The translations under genes and the position numbers were made by a program. Under the pieces are notes generated by a model. That model saw only the letters and a list, made by a program, of their open reading frames with translations. It searched no databases and had not been told where the DNA came from. Source: an uncultured Verrucomicrobiae bacterium (GTDB lineage Bacteria; Verrucomicrobiota; Verrucomicrobiia; Chthoniobacterales; UBA10450). From it: a stretch of DNA of 64,000 nt. The stretch covers positions 480,001-544,000 of the forward strand of contig CAVSDR010000003.1 of NCBI GenBank assembly GCA_963726745.1, in the 5' to 3' direction. Positions 60,459 through 64,000 of the stretch are shown one piece after another (the first letter of the stretch is position 1; every line of letters starts with the position of its first letter).

Positions 60459-63400
60459 ATGAAAGCTTTCACTGCAAAATATCGCTCGGGCTTGGTCGTT
60501 TTTTCGCTTCTTGGAGGTCTGGCCTTGCTGGCTCTCGCGCAGGGAGACTTCTTTAAGAAGTCAAGTAGGCCGGGCAGGAAGCTGAGTCGTAAGGAAGCCG
60601 CGGGAGACCATCCGGATGAAGCCCTGAGATTTCGTCAGCTGCAATTGCAGGATGAGAATGGCGAGATCGCGCCGGACGGGTTGCAGAAAGCGCTGGATCA
60701 AATGGCGGCCATGAACGTTGCCCAAGCCAGGGAAGCCAAAGCCTCCGGCCGGGCCGTGCCACCCAAGGTCGCCGGAATCGATCCCGGCGCATGGACTTGG
60801 CTGGGCCCGGGCAACATTGGCGGTCGCATCCGCTCGATGGTCATCGATCCCACCAATGCGAATAGAATTTGGGTCGGCAGTGTCGGCGGCGGCATCTGGC
60901 GTTCCACGGATGCCGGGGTGTCGTGGCAACCGGTGGCAGGTTTCAGCGCCAACCTCGCGGTATCGTCGATGGTGATCGATCCCACAAACGCCAGCGTGCT
61001 TTACGCCGGGACGGGCGAATCCTTTGCGGCGAACACGGGCTCGTCCGAAGGCCTGAACCCGGCCGCAAACGGACTCCGTGGAAACGGCGTCTACAAGTCG
61101 ACCGACGCGGGGGTTACTTGGAGCCAACTTCCGACCACAAGGCCGGGTGATCCCGCGGTGTGCGGCGGTGGACCAGCGCCGACCTCGGGTTGCCCGTGGT
61201 CCTACGTCAACCGTCTCGCCATTTCTCCGGATGGCAGCACTCTCTTGGCGGCGACTGTCAATGGCACCCAACGATCCACGGATGGCGGAGCGACCTGGAG
61301 CGCCACCCCCAGCTTTAGCGGCAACATCCAGGATTGCCGCTTCAGCCCGACGAACAGCGGCCGGGCCATTGCCTCGCGGCCTAGCCCGAGCGCGGCCAGA
61401 TATTCCACCGACGGGGGGCAAAGCTGGATTTCCGCCACCTTCACGCCCCCGCTTAACGCCAGCGCCGGCGGGACCGGGCGGATCGAGTTAGCTTACGCGC
61501 CGAGTAATCCTTCGATTGTCTACGCTTCGGTCGATCAATTCACCGGGGCAGCTCCTAATCAAACTCAGGGCGATATCTACAAGAGCCTCGACGGTGGACA
61601 GACCTACACCAGAGTGAATGCCTCGAACCCGGGCAATACCTTCCTCGGCGGGCAGGGCGGATATGACAACGTCATTTGGGTGAATCCCTTTAATCCTAAC
61701 TTTGTCGTCCTCGGCGGGATCAACATTTATCGCAGCACTGACGGGGGACTGAACTGGACTGCCATAGCCAATGGAGGAAACGGATCGGCTCATTCCGATC
61801 ACCATGGGATCTTCGCTTCGTCGAACTTCGATAACACGAGCAATAAAACCGTCTATTTCACAAACGACGGAGGCATCTACCGCGCGAATGATGTTTCCAC
61901 CGTCACTCTTACGAGCGGCTGGCAGGCGCTGAACAATACCCTGGGGGTCACCCAGTTCTACGGCGCAACCGCCAGCGCGGACGGTGTCATCGTCGGCGGC
62001 ACTCAAGACAACGGCACGGTCCGCTACACCGGTGATCCGCAAGCCTGGACAACTATGTTTGGCGGTGACGGCGGTTTCTGCGCCGCCGATCAGACCGATA
62101 ACACTTACTTCTACGGCGAGTACATCAATCTAGGAATCGTGCGAAGTAACGATGGCGGAGCTTCAGCGAGCTATATCTATTGCAACCCCGTTCCGACGTC
62201 TCCCAATGGCGGGCCCTGCACCGGCGCTGGAATTACCGACGCTTTCAACGGCGCCAACTTCATTGCACCCTTCATCCTCGATCCGAGCAACCAAACCACC
62301 ATGCTCGCGGGCGGCCTGAGTCTCTGGCGAAGTAACGATATCAAGGCGGCCGGTCTGCCCACGTGGGCCGCGGTTAAAGCCCCGACCGGAAATGCCAGCC
62401 CCGTTAGTGCAATTACCATCGCGCCGAACAACTCCGATTTTGTGGTTGTCGGGCACAACGACGGGCAAATCTTCCTGACCTTCAACGCCACCGCCGCCAG
62501 CCCGAACTGGAGCAAGGTAAGCAACGGCACCCCCGCTCGTTTCGTCACGCGCCTGGTGATCGATAGCACCCGCAGCCCGAATTGGATTTACGCCACTTTC
62601 GGGGGGTTTAGCTCGGACAACATTTATCGTTCTCAGGATTTCGGCGCCACCTGGACTTCCGTTGCAGGCGCCGGTGCGACCGGCGTCCCCAGCGTACCCG
62701 TCCGCAGCCTGGTGATTAATCCCCTGCGCGCAGATTATCTCTACGTCGGAACTGAAATTGGCGTCTTCGCCTCCGAGGATGCCGGGGCCACATGGAAGGT
62801 CCCGCACGACGGTCCAGCAAACGTTTCCGTCGATGAGTTATTCTGGCAAAAGAATAACCTAGTCGCGGTCACTCACGGCCGCGGCCTTTACCGTGCGGGC
62901 GCGAGCCTTAACTGGACGGGCTCGGGCAATACTAATCGCTGGTCGAACGCGGATAACTGGGGTCCGGCGCCGCCGGCCACCGGCGATACACTCGCTTTCG
63001 GGGCCTCTCCGCAAACGATGATTCTGGCGGATTTCAGTTCGCGCTTGACCTCTGATCCCGCCGCCAACGATCGGCAGCCGGCGCTAAGTCTCTCGTCGAT
63101 AACCTTCGCCAGCGGCGCGCCTCCTTACACGATCGAGCTTTATTCCGCTGTCACCGGCGGTTTCGTCTACAATGCAAACCTGATCCTGACCGGCCTTGGT
63201 GTAATCAACAATTCGGGCCAGGCGCAAAATTTCCTGCTCGATGCCGGCACCGTGGGCATCAATGCGCCGGCGGCGCCGGCCAGCACGATGACGTTCAGCA
63301 ACAGCGCCTCCGCTGGCAGCGCCACTTACACGCTCAAAGGCGGCGAGACCACCCAGTTGAATCCGGGCATCGGCCTGCTCCGCTCAGAGGCGGCCGCGCT

Positions 63401-64000
63401 TTTTTTCAATAACACCGCCACGGCGGCCAGCGGAAATTTCGTGGTCAATGGCGGAGCCGGCAACGGCGGACGCTGGGCCCGGGTGGAGTTGCACGACGCG
63501 ACCACCGCGAGCACCGCGACCTTCACTAATGGCGCCGGTCGACCGGGACCGAACTTCCAAAACCAATCACCGGCCAGCGTGGACGGCTTTGGCGGCCAGA
63601 CCAATTTCTACAACAATGCAGTCGCCGGCACGGCTCGTTTCACCAACCTGGGCGAGACGGCCACGGGCGGAAACGGCGGCGGCACGCAATTCTTCGATAA
63701 CACCAACGCCGACCACGGCGTTTTTATGAACAACAGCAGCCCGTCCGGTAACGATGGCGGGACAGGTGGCTTTACCTCTTTCGCCGGCACGGCCAGCGCA
63801 GGCTTCGGGGTTTTCATCGGTCAACCAGGTCTAGGAACTTTCAGCCGTGGACAGACTGGCTTCTTCGAAAACTCCACCGCCGGAAACGGCACCTTCGAGA
63901 ACACCGGCGGCGACAATACTTACAGCTCGGGCGGCGTGACCTTCTTCCGCGACAATGCGACCGCGGGAAACGGCACCTTCAATAACTACGGCACCGGGCA
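60459..64000 (+). CDS. Large secreted protein (>1180 aa, runs off the window end): BNR/Asp-box beta-propeller followed by autotransporter-passenger-like beta-helix repeats
   Basis: Absent from the ORF track because it has no stop. MKAFTAKYRSGLVV..., W..LGP.NIGGR, repeated S.D.G..W boxes, THGRG at ~62870, then NWTG..WS...NW and F..N.TAG..TF repeats; still in frame at 64000. Confidence 0.88.
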   Translation, partial: MKAFTAKYRSGLVVFSLLGGLALLALAQGDFFKKSSRPGRKLSRKEAAGDHPDEALRFRQLQLQDENGEIAPDGLQKALDQMAAMNVAQAREAKASGRAVPPKVAGIDPGAWTWLGPGNIGGRIRSMVIDPTNANRIWVGSVGGGIWRSTDAGVSWQPVAGFSANLAVSSMVIDPTNASVLYAGTGESFAANTGSSEGLNPAANGLRGNGVYKSTDAGVTWSQLPTTRPGDPAVCGGGPAPTSGCPWSYVNRLAISPDGSTLLAATVNGTQRSTDGGATWSATPSFSGNIQDCRFSPTNSGRAIASRPSPSAARYSTDGGQSWISATFTPPLNASAGGTGRIELAYAPSNPSIVYASVDQFTGAAPNQTQGDIYKSLDGGQTYTRVNASNPGNTFLGGQGGYDNVIWVNPFNPNFVVLGGINIYRSTDGGLNWTAIANGGNGSAHSDHHGIFASSNFDNTSNKTVYFTNDGGIYRANDVSTVTLTSGWQALNNTLGVTQFYGATASADGVIVGGTQDNGTVRYTGDPQAWTTMFGGDGGFCAADQTDNTYFYGEYINLGIVRSNDGGASASYIYCNPVPTSPNGGPCTGAGITDAFNGANFIAPFILDPSNQTTMLAGGLSLWRSNDIKAAGLPTWAAVKAPTGNASPVSAITIAPNNSDFVVVGHNDGQIFLTFNATAASPNWSKVSNGTPARFVTRLVIDSTRSPNWIYATFGGFSSDNIYRSQDFGATWTSVAGAGATGVPSVPVRSLVINPLRADYLYVGTEIGVFASEDAGATWKVPHDGPANVSVDELFWQKNNLVAVTHGRGLYRAGASLNWTGSGNTNRWSNADNWGPAPPATGDTLAFGASPQTMILADFSSRLTSDPAANDRQPALSLSSITFASGAPPYTIELYSAVTGGFVYNANLILTGLGVINNSGQAQNFLLDAGTVGINAPAAPASTMTFSNSASAGSATYTLKGGETTQLNPGIGLLRSEAAALFFNNTATAASGNFVVNGGAGNGGRWARVELHDATTASTATFTNGAGRPGPNFQNQSPASVDGFGGQTNFYNNAVAGTARFTNLGETATGGNGGGTQFFDNTNADHGVFMNNSSPSGNDGGTGGFTSFAGTASAGFGVFIGQPGLGTFSRGQTGFFENSTAGNGTFENTGGDNTYSSGGVTFFRDNATAGNGTFNNYGTG

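Overview
High-GC bacterial chromosomal segment. It is probably Verrucomicrobiota (Chthoniobacterales-like), inferred from a secreted protein with the lineage-typical 'NISTRG..GGFII.G..K.V.IRA.GPSL' C-terminal domain and a Verrucomicrobia-type LexA-box candidate. Content is mostly housekeeping (infA, deoC, guaD, nadC, birA, trpD, parA, fba, lpxD, glgC, glmS, aceA/aceB, a family B polymerase, tRNA-Lys and tRNA-Ala). No CRISPR array, IS element or prophage is visible. Unusual elements: (1) two dispersed non-palindromic motifs, GCCTAACGA (about 24 copies) and GCYGGCTAAWT (about 14 copies), lie in genes in several frames and force rare codons, resembling DNA-uptake or chromosome-organising sequences; (2) a FabF-like ketosynthase keeps its Cys but lacks both catalytic His, is translationally coupled to two sensor kinases, and sits behind divergent sigma54-type promoters; (3) an orphan PEARL/small-LanB gene is coupled to parA; (4) a double-cNMP/C39 peptidase ABC exporter has a PpiC-like partner; (5) the PolB has degenerate proofreading motifs and an L,D-transpeptidase-like protein lacks its catalytic residues. 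About eight single-base insertions, including in the normally essential lpxD and glmS, indicate sequencing or assembly indels. All family assignments come from motif recognition by eye; no searches were run.
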